Origin: Harriotta raleighana
Lineage: Eukaryota
Length of the DNA: 64,000 nucleotides
NCBI GenBank assembly: GCA_050575255.1
Contig: JBNZDD010013701.1
Coordinates: forward strand, 6,364,084 to 6,428,083
Direction of reading: 5' to 3'
In this document: positions 48,690 through 62,838 of the stretch, one piece after another
How the letters are laid out: every line of letters begins with the position of its first letter
Position numbering within the stretch: position 1 is the stretch's first letter
Program-made: the position numbers and the translations under genes
The notes under the pieces: generated by a model
What the model saw: only the letters and a program-made list of their open reading frames with translations
Told to the model about the DNA's origin: nothing
Databases searched by the model: none

Positions 48690-49214
48690 AGTAAAAGAGG
48701 GAGAGGAAAAATCAACAGAGCCGCTTTAAGAAAAAACGGAAGTGCCATTATCGGCAGCATTCAGAACTAATCGTACTGTACTCTCATGTGACAATCGACT
48801 CATTAAATGCACCACCGCGATTGTGTCCGGTTATTCAAATGGGGACTTTTTTGAGGCAACTGAGTGCGTGTGCATGAAAGAGAGGGAAGGCGTGAAAAAG
48901 AGGGAAGGAGGGAAAGAAAGAACAAAAAAAGAGGAAAAACCGACACTGCGGCTTTAAGAGGAAAAAACTCTTCCGTCCACCATTGTAGAACTTTGTTTTA
49001 TGATCGTGTTCGGTTTTTATAAACAGTAATCAATATTTATTGCTGTATTGGTAAGTATCCATACAATATTCTGTTATTATTTAGTCTATTATTAATATGG
49101 TATGTTTAAAAAAAGTTAATTTGTTTTGTGTTGAGTTTTCTTACGAATATCCGGTATGCCATTTAACCGGCATTTGCCAGGTCCCATGGGCGCTGGATAA
49201 ACGGGCTTTTACTG
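48690..49214. mobile_element. rearranged MITE of the 6534-7480 family
   Basis: 5' terminus on the minus strand ending ggataaacgggcttttactg-ta at 49214; a 3'-end segment in plus orientation at about 48770-48855. Confidence 0.6.
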
Positions 49215-49465
49215 TACTATTTTGGAAGGAATCATTACCCTGGAAAAGTGATTTGCTAATTGACTAAGAACCAGGTTCCTACTTAATTTAAAAAAAGTAA
49301 GGATTATATTAATACTGGGTGAACAGAAACCTGTGGAGCAAGGACACGTTTCTTCTTCTTGGGAATAAAACCCAGGTCCCTTGCTTGCAAGGCAGGTGCG
49401 GTAACTACTGAGTGACAGGACACTTCTGGTCTGGCATTTGGTGAAAGATATTGTATTTATAATTA

Positions 49466-49735
49466 TATTAATCCTTGCATTTGATATAGAGCTTTTCACG
49501 TTTGCTAGACTTGTCAAAGTGCTTCACAGAATATACTGTAAAGTGAATTGACTGTATATTTTTGTGGGCAAAACACAGCAGTGAACCAGATTCAGTGACC
49601 AAATTATTGTTTTTTTGGTGGGGGAGATTATTAATAGGCGAGTGGAGAAGGGAAATTTGCCCAAGATTTTGCCCTGTCGGGAATTGAACCAAGGTCTCTC
49701 GCTTGTGAGACGAGTGCTCTAACCACTACAGAACT
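49466..49735 (-). mobile_element. tRNA-derived SINE
   Basis: tail to head (gtgctctaaccact); another degenerate copy at about 49225-49420. Confidence 0.8.
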
Positions 49736-50760
49736 CTAAAATCTTTGAAATAATTCTGTAAGCATAGAATGGGTTCATTTGCATCTTAATCCTGTTTATA
49801 CAATGGCTTCTGCAAGTATGTACAGTAAGCTAAGTCACTGACAATTTAATTGTAGACACAGACCATCATATATTTATCAAAAATACGAATCATAGCTTTA
49901 TATTCATTATTCCCTTCCGTTGCAATCAGTCAAACCCAAGGAGAACTGGATGAATGGCCATTCTGAAGAGGTGTTGCTTCTTCCTTACCCCCTCCCCACC
50001 TGCACTATTCTGTCTCATAGTATTTTAGCCCTTATATATATTTAGGGCTAAAATACAATATTTCTAAAGCAATTCCTTAATAAGTACTTGAATATTTTAA
50101 TAGATACTCCCACCAATTGCCACACTATTCCATGAAAACATTGATGCAGAAGGAGATCCTATCACAGTCAAGCTCCTGTGGGTTGGCCTAAAGCCAGAAG
50201 AAATCCTCAATTTTCAACTCGGATTTCTGAGGAAATTTTATTAGAAATCGTCACATTGGGGTTTGTCCCAATGATACAATGGCAAGTTCTGGACGAGAAA
50301 CTCACTGGTTCGAATCCTGAGCTGGTTCAAATCCTGAGTTTGTTGGTCTCTGCTTGGGGAAGACCAAATTTGCTCCATCCTACCCATTTTTAGACAGTGG
50401 AAAATCCAGTTTTTCAGCTCATGGTCTCAGCATCTTCCAATGGTTGGGCATACTTGTAGCAGCTGGGTAGGGAAAGTTCCGTCTTAGTTGTGACGTTGTT
50501 TGCAAACCCTCACTGGGCAGGGCTCACATATGAATAATGCTTCTTGGGCAGGGTACACGAGAGCAGCCAGCACCCATTCAACCCCATCCAGACACCAGTA
50601 TAAATGCAAATGCCCTCTACAGCTGAAAGTGAACAATAGTATAAACCTTCCCAAGTGGCATACTGAGGAGCCAAGCATTGAAACTGGGGAAAAATAAACA
50701 TGTGCTGACAGATCAGAGCTGCACTGATATAGATCATGGGAATGGAACGGAATCATGAAT

Positions 50761-50889
50761 AATTTATTTTTATTTATATAGCGCCTTTCACGTCAGGAGG
50801 ACGTCCCAAGGCGCTGTACAGTCAAGTGGGGGGAGGGGTCGGGGGAAGAAAAGCAGGAAAATACTGACTGTATATTTGTGGGCGAAATG
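50761..50889 (-). mobile_element. SINE variant with an alternative L2 tail
   Basis: near-identical to 6738-6863 in reverse complement. Confidence 0.75.
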
Positions 50890-51432
50890 TCCTACACAGC
50901 AGGTTTCACATCACAAGGGACACAATAAAACAATTATTTCCCCCCTTAAAATGTTGCCTATCAGTACCAAAGTCTAGTGATATTGTGGAGGATATAAAAT
51001 GAGAATCTTTATTATACCAATTCAATATTTAAATCAGATTACACAATGTAGCTGCTCAATTTACATAGAACGTAGACGCAAACAGGCTACTCAGCCTAAC
51101 CAGTCCATTCCAATGTTTATACTCCATACAAGTGTTCACCCATTCCATATTCCCCCCCCCGTACATAAAATGCACTCCCATGAGCTACTATTCCCAAAAA
51201 CAAGTGGGAAGAAAAGCTGCCAACTCACTATCCAGAAGTGCGAATTACTCAATGGTGGTGGTTGTGGATGGGGGAGGGGGGGGGGGGGCGGAACAAAAGA
51301 GTGGGAAAAAATTGAGAAAGGATCAGTTATAAGTTTGGGTCCAGTTTGGTCACATTAGAAAGGATGCCTGAATCAGAGGGTGCTGAGGTGATAATCCATG
51401 TTTCATACAGTGGATTTCACATCAAGAAGATG

Positions 51433-51686
51433 GGAGTCCTGTAGCTCAGTGGTTAGAGCACTTGTCTTACAAGCAAGAGACCTGGGTTCAATTCTAGGCA
51501 GGGTGAAACTGTGGGAAAGTTTCCTTACTCCACATGCCTAATAATAATCCTGATTTTTTTTTGTAATTTTAATCCACAATTGTTTGTAGGACACCGCTGT
51601 GTGTAATTGGCAGCCGCATTTCACCCACATATATACAGTTAATTCACTTTACAGTATATTCTGTGAAGCACTTTGAGATGTCTAGA
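51433..51686 (+). mobile_element. tRNA-derived SINE with intact head
   Basis: ggagtcctgtagctcagtggttagagcacttgtcttacaagc...gggttcaattc. Confidence 0.85.
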
Positions 51687-52184
51687 TTTTATTTGGTGGA
51701 TTGTTGACCATGTCACTAGAGGAAACTCTCTACTCGTGCTGCCATGGGATCTTTAACACCTACCCGATATTATCTTGATTTAAAATCTCATCTGAAGCAC
51801 CTCTGACAACACAGTGTTCCCCTAACAATGCACTGAAATTCCACTTTAGAGTTCACTATGTGAACTCAAGTCCCAACGCAAGGTTTGAACCCACAATCTT
51901 CTGTCCCAAATGATTCAGGCAGACAGATTAATCAGGAAACCAGGGAGGAGCAGTTTGACCTTATGAACAAAGACTAGAGGAAGTAGGCTATTTTTATTGG
52001 AACAGGTAAGATTGAGTGGAGACCTTTAAATCTTTAAAATTGAGGGATTTAAATAGATTAGAAATTCTGACACTTTAAGATAGCAATGGAATAAAGTGGG
52101 AAGATTAGGCTTTTTTGTTATGTTGTAAATAGAAGAGCAAGGTGCAACAGATAAAGATTATTTGATTTTATAATATACCCTTAC

Positions 52185-52426
52185 CTGTCAAGGCAGCTTT
52201 CATAATTATGCGTAGCTTTGAAGCCATATATAGAGAAGGTGACAACGCAGGCAAATACAGATGTTAGACTGTTAATGAAAGCAATGATAATTGCTTGTTT
52301 CTCACAATTGTTATTTTTCTGGTTGAAACTGGCAAATGCGATCAGACTGCCAAAACCCAAACCAAGTGAGAAAAAAATCTGTGTAGCAGCATCAATCCAG
52401 GATTTTGGGTCAATCAGTTGTTCAAT
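52185..52426 (-). CDS. SLC6A20: SLC6A20 exon 6
   Basis: IEQLIDPKSWIDAATQIFFSLGLGFGSLIAFASFN...YGFKATHNYESCLD; 242 nt. Confidence 0.95.
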
Positions 52427-53993
52427 CTGAAAACACAATAGAATTCAGGGTACATTATAGAGTAATTTCAAATGGTAATTAACTTTGTTTGATCAGCCAG
52501 GTCTAACATATGAAAACTCCTCAACCCACTAAGGATCCAAACTAGTGGCAGGATATAGTCCATGCATTGATACTTGCACATGGAATAGTTCCTTGCATCT
52601 AGAATGGAATGCAGTGTGTGCTGGAGTACTGCTGGAGATCAACCATCTAATAATGCATAACTTGTCATTGAGAGCACTGTTTGTTAATCTTCCTGCTGCT
52701 TGTCCAATTACAAGCAGCTACCCATTAAGGTTTCGGTTTTCAAGGTTTAAAAAACAGCCGAGTGGGAAGAATTCCTGTTCTCAGTGATCAGTGGTCTGCA
52801 TTCCTCCAGAACACAGTTAATGGCAGATCAGCCAATCAGGCACATTGGCAGGACTGTGTGTGAAAGACTAGTCACAAAGAGCAAGGATTCTCCCCCACCG
52901 AACTAAAAACTGAAACCACTGAGGAATAACAAAAAGTTCAATAATAAAAGTGAAATAGTAGAAAAATAATCTTTTCTGAATAACGTGGACTTTTAAATAA
53001 CACCATCCTCTTAAGTCTTCCTCAAAATTGTATTACAGAAATTTTTCATGGAAAATTACTGGACCATTAAAAAGCCAGTTCTCGAGGAATTTGTCAAAAA
53101 ACAAATCTTTAAATATTCCATGTTTAAATGAGTTTTTAAAAAAATGGAAACTATTATAAGAATAAATGTTTTTGCTGCAACATTATTCTTAAAATTTAGT
53201 GCATTGTGGAAACAATTGGTAAAACTGTTCACAAACTGTAAAAGAAAAATTTAAATTTCAAATTCATCTCAATGCTGTGAGAGCAAAGTTTGTTCCTATT
53301 TTTTCCCCAAGCCTTTTATGGAGCCTCTCTTTGGAATCTCAGATTTTAAACAGTTCTGTGAAAACTGATATGAACAACAAACCCAACGGCATCAAAACCT
53401 CATCTATGCTTCAGAAGTGAATTGAAAATGGCTTTTGAAACGTTTTGATTTTTGAAACATTTATCACCTGATACTCAATCAGAACACCTTGATTACATGT
53501 AATCAAAGTCTTACAAGAGCAAAGTATACAGTCAATTACTAGAGTGCAATGCACAGCTTTAATTTGAACTGCATCAGCAAAACCTGATTATAGCGCAACA
53601 ACACCATATAACTGATTCTGAAGTATTCCACAGTGAATGTGGAACAGTGTTACACCACAAAACAAGCATGACATTTCAAATAAAAAGGAAACTTCCAGGG
53701 ATTTTATTCTAACGAATATGGTTTGCAAGTCTGTAAATCAGTGTGGATCAAGCAGTTTAAGTCGACTCCACAATACAAGGAGCAGCAGCCACCCATGTTT
53801 TGTGTTATTATGCGATAAGCACAATACAGCAAATCACCAGCTACTGCCCAATTTTTCTCTGCAATTCACCTGATTTCATGCATTATTAATCGGCATAAAA
53901 ATCCTAAAATGCATCAGTAATAAACAGATTCCCCTCAGTGTCAATCTAGTATCACGGCATTTATAAGGACTATGGGTAAAATCATTACAAGTA

Positions 53994-54597
53994 TAATAAA
54001 AGCCCGTTTATCTGGCACCCATGGGACTTGGCCATTGGTGGTTAAACGATGTTCCGGTTGACCTTTTTTTTAAAAAAATTAAAACTTATTTTAACACATT
54101 CCATATTAATAAGAAACTAAATAATAGATAATAACAATATTGTATGGATATTTTATTGTAAATGTTGTCCACTACCACATAAATAAGAGTAAATAGAGTA
54201 ATTATACAGTAATAACAGAATATTGTATGGCCACTTTATTGCAAATGTTGAACAATACTCTATAAATAATAGACTAAATAAACTAATAACAGATTCTATA
54301 ATAACAGAATATTGTATTAGTACTATATTATTCAGACTTAATTTCTGCAATGGTGGCCATGGGAGGAAAACAAAATGGCAGCATGACTTTTAAAAGGAGC
54401 AGGTGCGAGTTTAGACTTGACTAGCGGCCAGCCGATATACCTGCACCAGTACTCGTGTGCGACAATTGATTCGTTAAATGCGACATCGGTATGCTGCCGG
54501 ATAACTTCCGGTTCATCAAACCAGGACTTTTTTTTTTGAGGTTCCGGTTCAACGGGGTTTCCGGTTCAGCGAGTCACAGATAAACGGGCTTTTACTG
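53994..54597 (+). mobile_element. Tc1/mariner MITE (family of 6534-7480)
   Basis: TIRs taataaaagcccgtttatctg / cagataaacgggcttttactg with TA flanks. Confidence 0.85.
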
Positions 54598-56181
54598 TAT
54601 TCACAAGATTTTGATCTTATCTTTCCCATCTTAAGAGTTATCCTCATCATTCATTGCTCCAATCCTATGAATCAGACTAGTTAAGTCTCTTCTGCACTAC
54701 CATGAAGGCCTGGGCAGTCCCTTATGCTGCCACAAGATCTGTAGGCAGTATTTCAGATTGGATCTGATCAGAGCAATGCACAGCTTCAAATTTGTTTTCT
54801 GCAGAACTCAATTAATATGACAAGCAAATCCATACAAGAATTAGATCGACCTTGTGCATTGCTCTGGTCACAACATAATATAGACCAATCTCATTTCTCT
54901 TTCAGAAATACCAATGTCATACATTACTTGGATCTTCGATCATACCTTTTGCTGCCCTCCCAATTTTCTCCCTCCCCTTCTAACTCTCTCCCTACATTGC
55001 CCCTCTCCCTTGCTCGGGTCCCAACCTGACTGTTCAGCGGCTTGGGCTGTCCTCCCAATGTGAAATGTAATTTTGTTGTTGTTGTTGGAGATCTTGATAA
55101 ATACAGCTCAAATCAAAAGTCTTCAAAGAGGATAGGATGAATATCAGTTCAAGATTAAATCTAGTTGATCTAGGTTTGTTTCATTTACAGAATGTTGATC
55201 AACACAAATGTGCTGTTAATCATGCTGGTTAAACCGCAGTATCATCATTGATTGGTTTACTATTATCAGTAGCACTATCATTCTTGCTGATTCACCCTTT
55301 AGGAGAGTATTGAAGAAGCCTGTGCTTAATAGATTTCTAGATTTAGTCACATATTCAGTATTTTGCCCAATCCTAAAGTTACTGCAAAATATGCCAACTT
55401 GACTTGAACTGATTAGTTATGCAAACATTACTGGGCAAGAGATTTCAAATTTCTCCAGTGAAACTTTTGCCTATTTCAAATTGATTCCCCACTTGACGGT
55501 TAGTAAATGTGTTTTATACTCGGGGCTTGATTAATCCTGGGAATTAAGCTTTGAGATCCACGTAACCAGCCTTCAAATAAATGATAATTGCATTGACACT
55601 TCTTGCTTACATTGGAGTAAGCTTCACAGCTCTAGAAGGTACAAGGGCAGTCACAGTGCTAAAGGTCCCATGACAGTCAATGAAATTCTTAAAATCAGCA
55701 AGTGGCATTGACTGGAGGCCAAAGATGAATGGAATGACCTGACAAAGGCTCCTTTAACCTAAAGTCAAAGGTTATGTCCAAATTAAGATATTAATTGTGG
55801 AAAAGCGAAAGGCTAAAATTAAAGTAAGGATCAAGGTAACTAAAATTAGGATAAATTTCTTAATACTGTATGTTCACATATTTGAACAAAGCAACTATGA
55901 TGCTTATCTTTATGATGTATCCTAAGGCATAAAGGCCACATTGACGATTATTTAATGCCATCTAAGCAGTTGTTACAGGTTTATACATTAACAAATTACA
56001 TCACCTCAATTAGGTACAATAAAAAGGTGCTAAATGTTAATGTTGAACGAATAGTCTGTCAAAAACAATCTTTGAGGTTTTAAAGACTAATGGACTGGGT
56101 TATGCAGCGACAGTAGTAGAAAGATGTATTATTATTTTGTAAGCAATATCTGGGAATTTAACTATCGTGGTATTTTAAATA

Positions 56182-57820
56182 CAGTAAAAGCCTATTTATT
56201 CGTAACTCAATGAACCAGAACTTCCGTTTAACCGGCATGTCAAAAAAAAAGTCCCCATCCGTTAAACCAGTTATAGCGGCAGAATAGCGGGGGCGCATTT
56301 AATGAATCGAACTATCGAATGAGAGTACTGTACAGGTATTTTGGTTTGCTGCTAGTACAGCCTGAAAGTCACACTGCCGTTTTCTTTTTTTTAAAAAGTC
56401 GCGCTGCCACGTTTTCCCCTCCCATGGCAGCCACCATCACAGAAGTAATAAAGTACTAATACAATATTCTGTTATTACAGTATCTGTTATTAGTGTATTT
56501 AGTCTATTAGAACATAAGAATTAGGAGCAGGAGTAGGCCATTCGACCCCTCGAGCCTACCCCGCCATTCAATAAGATCATGGCTGATCTTCTGATCTAAC
56601 TCTAATTACCTGCCCTATCCCCATATCCCCATATCACTCTATTTTTAAAAAAAATCTATCAGTCTCATCTTGAAAATGTTCAAGGACTGTGCATCTACAG
56701 CCTTCTGGGGTAGTGAATTTCATGAAGACTGTGACCCATGGTTATAGATTCTCCCACCAGGGGAAACAGTCCCTCAGAGTCTACTTTATCCAGCCCTTTA
56801 AGAACCTTATATGTTTCAATAAAGTCCACCCTAATTCTTCTGTACTCTAGAGAATACAGCCCTAGTTTATTCAACCTATCCTCATAGGTCAATCCCCTCA
56901 TCCCAGGAACTAACCTAGTCAATCCACGCTGCACCCCCTCTAAGGCAAGTATGTCCTTTTTTNNNNNNNNNNNNNNNNNNNNNNNNNNNNNNNNNNNNNN
57001 NNNNNNNNNNNNNNNNNNNNNNNNNNNNNNNNNNNNNNNNNNNNNNNNNNNNNNNNNNNNNNNNNNNNNNNNNNNNNNNNNNNNNNNNNNNNNNNNNNNN
57101 NNNNNNNNCCTACTCTTGTACTCTAAACCTTTTGAAATGAACGCTAGCATGCCGTTGGCCTGCTTAGTTGCTTGCTGCACCTGCAAACTAACTTTCTGAA
57201 ACTGGTGTACAAGGACACCCAAATCCCCTTGAATACTCACACTATCTAACCTCTCTCCCTCTAGAAAATAATCTATTCTTTTATTTTTGCTACCTAGGTG
57301 AATAATTTCACACTTGCCAACATTAAATTCCATCTGCCACCTCCTTGCCCACTCCCCTAGCCTATCTATATTTTGTTGCAATCTTTTTGCATCATTTTCA
57401 AGAGCTCACTCTCCTACCTAGTTTAGTGTCATCCACAAATTTAGACACATTACATTCAATGTCCACGTCCAGATCATTGATGTAAATAGTAAATAGCTGA
57501 GGCCCAAGCACTGATCCTTGTGGCATTCCACTAGTTACATCCTGCCAATTCAAGAATGACCCGTTTATCGCTACTCTGTTTTCTACCTGTTAGCCACTCT
57601 TTTATCCATGTTAATATGTTTTTATTAATCCCGTGGGCCTTAATCTTGAGTAGCAGCCTTTTGTGTGGAACCTTATCAAATGCCTTCCTAAAATCCAAAT
57701 ATACCACATCTACTAGTTCCCCCGATTATTTATATGGTAGTGTACAACATTTACAATAAAGTTGCCATACAATTTTCTGTTATTATCTGTTATTATTTAG
57801 TCTATTATTAATATGGAAGA
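56182..57820 (-). mobile_element. Tc1/mariner MITE split by a CR1 insertion
   Basis: TIR cagtaaaagcctatttattc at 56182; MITE sequence stops at about 56510 and resumes at about 57724. Confidence 0.75.
56510..57722 (-). mobile_element. 5'-truncated CR1 LINE, same family as 17103-19385
   Basis: WQMEFNVGKCEIIHLG, LEGVQRGLTRLVPG; very similar to the first copy; N gap at 56963-57108. Confidence 0.92.
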
Positions 57821-58679
57821 GTTAAGGGGGAATAGATAGACTTATTCCTCTGAATTAAACCCTTAAAAAAATAGGAATTTAAAAAGATTCAAGGCTAATC
57901 CCACTTGGAAAAAAATACAAATATAAAGCCAGGCCTCATCATAAAGACTTGCCAGTGGATTGTGTCAAGGTTTGTTTGCATTTCTCTTTGCTCTGCCAAT
58001 TGTTAAGGAATGGTCCCCAGACCTTGCTCTAGTCTCAAAGAAGCCAACTTCACAAATTTTTTTGTGAACAGGATTCCAAACCTCTAAAGGCCAATGTGAG
58101 ATCAAATTTCATACATGTTTAGACAGCTGTGATTTAGCTTTGAATATTCAATAGGAAGTAGTGATTTGGGAACATGGTATGTACACAAATACCAGTAAAT
58201 AATTTATGGAGTATAAAACTAAACTAGGAGATGAATTAAATGCAAATCTATACATGAATATACAGAATACAAGTAAAGAGTTTATGGAATATTAAAACTA
58301 GTTGTGACCCAGGGCAAAGAATATAGGCTATAAAGTAGTCATGAATCTTTTGGCAGTGTACCAATAATTCACTTCACAATCTAAAGATAACAGGCATCAA
58401 ATGTGCAGAACAGGCCTATTTTTTCTCTGTCCACCCATCACCAGTGTGCTAAATATTAAGGAAATGTTCTGAATGATTCTCCCCGTTGTGACCCAAGCTA
58501 TGAAACAAACACTGAAATAAGATTTTATCAATGGATTGTATAAAAAGATCAAGTAACAAACAAGCAGGATTAAAAGCGCTCTGAGACGCCATCCAGCGTG
58601 GAGGGCACGAAATAAATTGAAGTTGTTGTTGTTAAAACACATGCCCCTTGAATAACCTTCATCTCAACATCTATATACT

Positions 58680-59601
58680 CCCACTTGGTGACATCATCCG
58701 CAGACACAGGGTCAACTATCATTCTGCCTCTACCCTCGATTCCAGGACCACTGCTGTCCTGACAAGTCCTGGATGAGAGCTAACTTTCTACAGTTGAATG
58801 TCATCAAGACTGAGGCCCTCCTGATGGGCTTGAGTCAGCACTTCTGCACCTCAGGCACTGGCAGCATCAACCTCCATGAATGCTCACTCCACCTCACCAA
58901 GCCAGTTAGGAACCTAGGTGTCTTGTTCAATCCTCAACTGTCTTTTCTAATCCAAATCCATATATAACCTGCTCTGCCTTCCCTCACTTCCACAACATTG
59001 TCCGACTCTGTCACTACCTCACCTCTCAGGCCGCCAAAACTTTCATTCATTCCTTTGTTGCATCTAGATTCCACTAATGCCAACGTCCTACTTGTCAGCC
59101 TCCCCAATTCCTCCTTCCATAGGCTACAGAACACTCAGAACTCTGCAGCTTGCGTCCTCTCCTGCACCAAGCTCTGCGAACCTACAAACCCCATTCTAGT
59201 TCGACTCCATTGGCTTCCCATTACTCAGATGATTCAATTCAAGGTCCTCACCTTCAAAGCTCTCCACTGCCTTGTCCCACCCTACTTCTGCGACCTCTTA
59301 ACCCCCTACTAACCTGTCCACTCCCTCCACTTAGCAGGCTCCAGTCTGATCCAGGACCCATGACCCACCTGCCCCACTATCAACAAGCAACCATTCAGAA
59401 ACCCTGCCAACTTCTGGAATTCCATCCTGCAATTCCTCCGCCTCGCTCCCTCCCTGACCTCCTTCAAGTTCCACCTCAAGAGTCTCCTCTTTGATGTGTC
59501 ATCGGTCATTCCACTTGCCCCTCCCTGATCCTGACCCCAGCCTGGGTTCAAAACACTGACTGTCCAGTGGCTTGAGACATCCTCCCGATGTGAAACTACA
59601 C
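58680..59601 (+). mobile_element. L2 LINE 3' fragment
   Basis: WMRANFLQLNVIKTE, RNLGVLF, LHWLPI, FKVL.FKALH motifs. Confidence 0.85.
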
Positions 59602-59898
59602 CAGTGGTTCTCAACCTTTTTTCACTGTGACCCTAAATTGGCCACCAACAACAGGTCCTCTCGACCCATAGGTCACGACTGAAGCGAAGCTCAGTCAAGA
59701 TGATAACTCAGTCTCTTTTGTGAACTTAGCAACTCGCAAGTCTTTCATACAAATTGGTCGGCATTGTCGCCTCAGGCATTCAGCATTAAAAAAGCATTTT
59801 CAGCATTAATAAAAGCAAAAAAAAATTCTGATGAACCTTCGCGACTCTACCGAGGAACACCACGACCTTGATTTGAGACCCGAGCTTGGGAACCATTG
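59602..59898. mobile_element. hAT MITE inserted in the L2 tail
   Basis: termini cagtggttctcaacc / gcttgggaaccattg; degenerate 8-bp flanks aactacac / cgctatac. Confidence 0.7.
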
Positions 59899-59980
59899 CG
59901 CTATACAAACAATTTTGTTCTTATTGCAATATTTTCTACCTAAAATCATCTATTATTATCAAGCAGTACAAGTTCAATAC

Positions 59981-60091
59981 CTTTGGTGTGAACATATACT
60001 TGAGTCCATTCACTGCTCCAGGGAGGGTGATTCCTCGAATTAGATATATAAGGAGCACCAGATATGGAAAGGACGCAGTTACATACACCAC
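59981..60091 (-). CDS. SLC6A20: SLC6A20 exon 5
   Basis: [37 protein letters not shown]; 111 nt. Confidence 0.94.
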
Positions 60092-61719
60092 CTATATAAA
60101 AGAAAAATTTTATTGACATAATTAGTCTCACTAAGTTAGAAGCTCTACTAATCATTTATTTGTCAAGTTTGCATCCAATGTTATCGACTACAGATGGCTA
60201 GAAACTAGGAATCGGTCATACATGCCATATCGTGTGCTCCTCCAAAATTATTGTTCAGACCACGAAGACTGGTTTCAGATCATGAACAGCTTTTTAAAAA
60301 AATACTAGTTTATGCTAATTATGACAATTTCACAAAGATATATCTTATCAAAAACAATATTGAGTGGGAAAGGTTATGATAAAATTGTTTTGGAAATATT
60401 TCATTAGTTTGTTGAAGTCAACACACTGATGTAAAAGGACTAAAAATGTGTAGCTGTTTCCTCACTATGTGTAACCCTTTTTAATAACAATAGATCTATT
60501 ATTGCAACGGGAAAGTTAATTAGTACTACCTCTGGGTCAGGGTACTAACTCCCACTTTCAACAATCTTGCAAAATGCATCCTTACTATGTTGCTAAACAA
60601 ACCAATTTGTATTAATTATCCTTCTATTTGATATAGCACTGTTCACATCACGGGGACATCTGAAATCACATCACAGGATAGATACATTGTAAAGTGTAGT
60701 GACTGTGTAATTTCCACTTACCAAGCACACTGAAAAGATTGCTCTTAACTTTTAGAAAATCCAAACTTGAATAGCTAGAAGGGAACATTCATTGGCAACA
60801 TACAAGTATAAAATAAGTATAAGGCAGATATTGTAAATATATATTTTTAAAAAGTTAATTTTAAATTCATGATGGATCTGCACGCCAGATCATGTATCAA
60901 ATTGTTACCGAAGTATAAGATCACTTTTCAAGATCAGCTATAAGTAAGATAAATACTTTTAAAGTCTGATCGCAGAAAGGCTACTAGGCCTATTGACATG
61001 CATGTGTTAGTTTTGTTCAAAGCCTAGTTGCTTTTTAAGTTGGGATTTAATGACAAGACAGGGAGGTAAGAAACGAAGTAGAGGGAAGGAATTCTAGAGG
61101 TTAGGGACATTGAAGCAGAAAACTCACACTGATGGCGAAATGAAAGGATGTACAGCAATCCTGAGAGGGGAGTGCTACAAATGAAGGGATTTGTAAGTAA
61201 GAATCATTAAATTAATCTGCTGGGAATCAGGTGAGAGATGGGGCGATAGGCATGCAGAGCCCACAATAATAATCAAATCAGCCTACAAAACTTAAAAGCC
61301 CATTATCTCTACTTCCAGTTGTGTAAACTTCAAGGAAATAAGTGCATGAGGAGCTTTTGCAACAACTCAAATCACATCCAAATCACTTGTCTGGTTGTCA
61401 ATTTGGCTTTAGAAGGAGGTAATTGCCTTTCAATCTCAAGAGCCTGAAATGGAGAATTTCATATCATTTGAAACAAATTTAGAAAAGTGACCTTCCACAG
61501 CTTAAGAATAAATCAGGAAGATGTCATTCATTTTACAGTTGCTTAATTCTTAAGACATGTATCAATCATTTGATAAATTGCATTCATATTCCCAACTTCT
61601 CATACTAGCAAGTCTTGATGTGCTCATCTTCTTCATATAACATTTATTCATGTATACCAACAATAATGTTTTAACTGAATACCTTTCTAAAGGATCTATA
61701 TATTTGCAAAAAAAGTTAC

Positions 61720-61947
61720 CTTGCCAGTAGATTCGGTTCCTCGAATGATACAGAGATATACCACTAGCCAGGATAATATGAGGCAAAGAACCATTCCCCA
61801 ATGGAAGGTCCCAGGTTCGTTAATTGAGGAAGTGATGTTTAACGTTTCTCTGTACCAGAAATATTCAGTGGGGGAGCTTTTGGCGCATTCTTCAATATAG
61901 TCAGTTCTGTTGGTAGTTAATGGGCACCTAGCCCAGGGCAGAGGATT
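61720..61947 (-). CDS. SLC6A20: SLC6A20 exon 4
   Basis: NPLPWARCPLTTNRTDYIEECAKSSPTEYFWYRETLNI...RGTESTGK; 228 nt. Confidence 0.95.
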
Positions 61948-62519
61948 CTGTGAATGGGATGGGGAAAAAAACATAGGTTAAACCATTGAAGTGAACACAA
62001 GTTACCTTGACAGTGTCGTAATGGAAAACCAAGTAGTGATTGTGTGTATATTGCATTGTACTGATCAGTACAGGAAATTAGTGATGTTACTGTAGTGGAA
62101 TTAATACATAAATTATGTATTAAATGTATACATCAAACACAAGGATTATTATATAATCAATGCAGAGAGCACACTTCGTTGCCAAATCTTAAAGTCCCAA
62201 GATGTTATAAAACCAACATTAAATAATCAAAAAATATTTAAAGCTGTTGCTAGAAAGAGCAAGAGAGAGGGAAGAACAGTAGAATTAATTGAGGTCCCTT
62301 ATAGCCATTTAAATCAATTTGGCTCAAAATGGGCAACAGAAACCAGGAGTAACACAAATGAGGGGAAGTGATACGGTTAGATTTAAAAAGAGAATAAGGT
62401 AATAGAAGTTTTAACTGCATAGGAAAAATCAGCTTTACAAAAATAGATGAGATTCAGAATGTCTGGCAAGCAGAATTGAATGAATCTTTTTTTTTTTAAA
62501 TCCTCTTAATTCAACATAC

Positions 62520-62611
62520 CTCAAATGAATGAAAGAGATACCAGAAGCTCCAGGCCACTATAGCATTGTAGTACACGGAGACCAAAAATGATACAATAAC
62601 ACTTGCGACAC
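62520..62611 (-). CDS. SLC6A20: SLC6A20 exon 3
   Basis: VASVIVSFLVSVYYNAIVAWSFWYLFHSFE; 92 nt. Confidence 0.94.
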
Positions 62612-62697
62612 CTATTTAACAAAAAAACAACACAATTATCCAACAAAACCAATGTATGGCATTAAACTTTAAAGATAAACAAAATGACATTACATAC

Positions 62698-62838
62698 CAA
62701 CTCCAACCAAATACGGGTTGATCGTTTTCCATGCTCCAATGCTTCCCTTACGTAGCAATTGTCCTAATGATAGCTCCAGATAAAACAAAGGTAGCCCTTC
62801 TACAACCAACATGATCACATATGGGATTAAAAATCCTC
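62698..62838 (-). CDS. SLC6A20: SLC6A20 exon 2 (exon 1 lies beyond the window)
   Basis: [46 protein letters not shown]; 141 nt. All ten exons join in one frame, and the tail-to-tail position relative to SACM1L matches SLC6A20. Confidence 0.94.

Noticed and set aside
51433-51505. tRNA-like sequence with a TAC anticodon loop (also at 3735-3809 and 29850-29915)
   Set aside because: It has no proper acceptor stem and runs directly into the SINE body; these are SINE heads, not tRNA genes.
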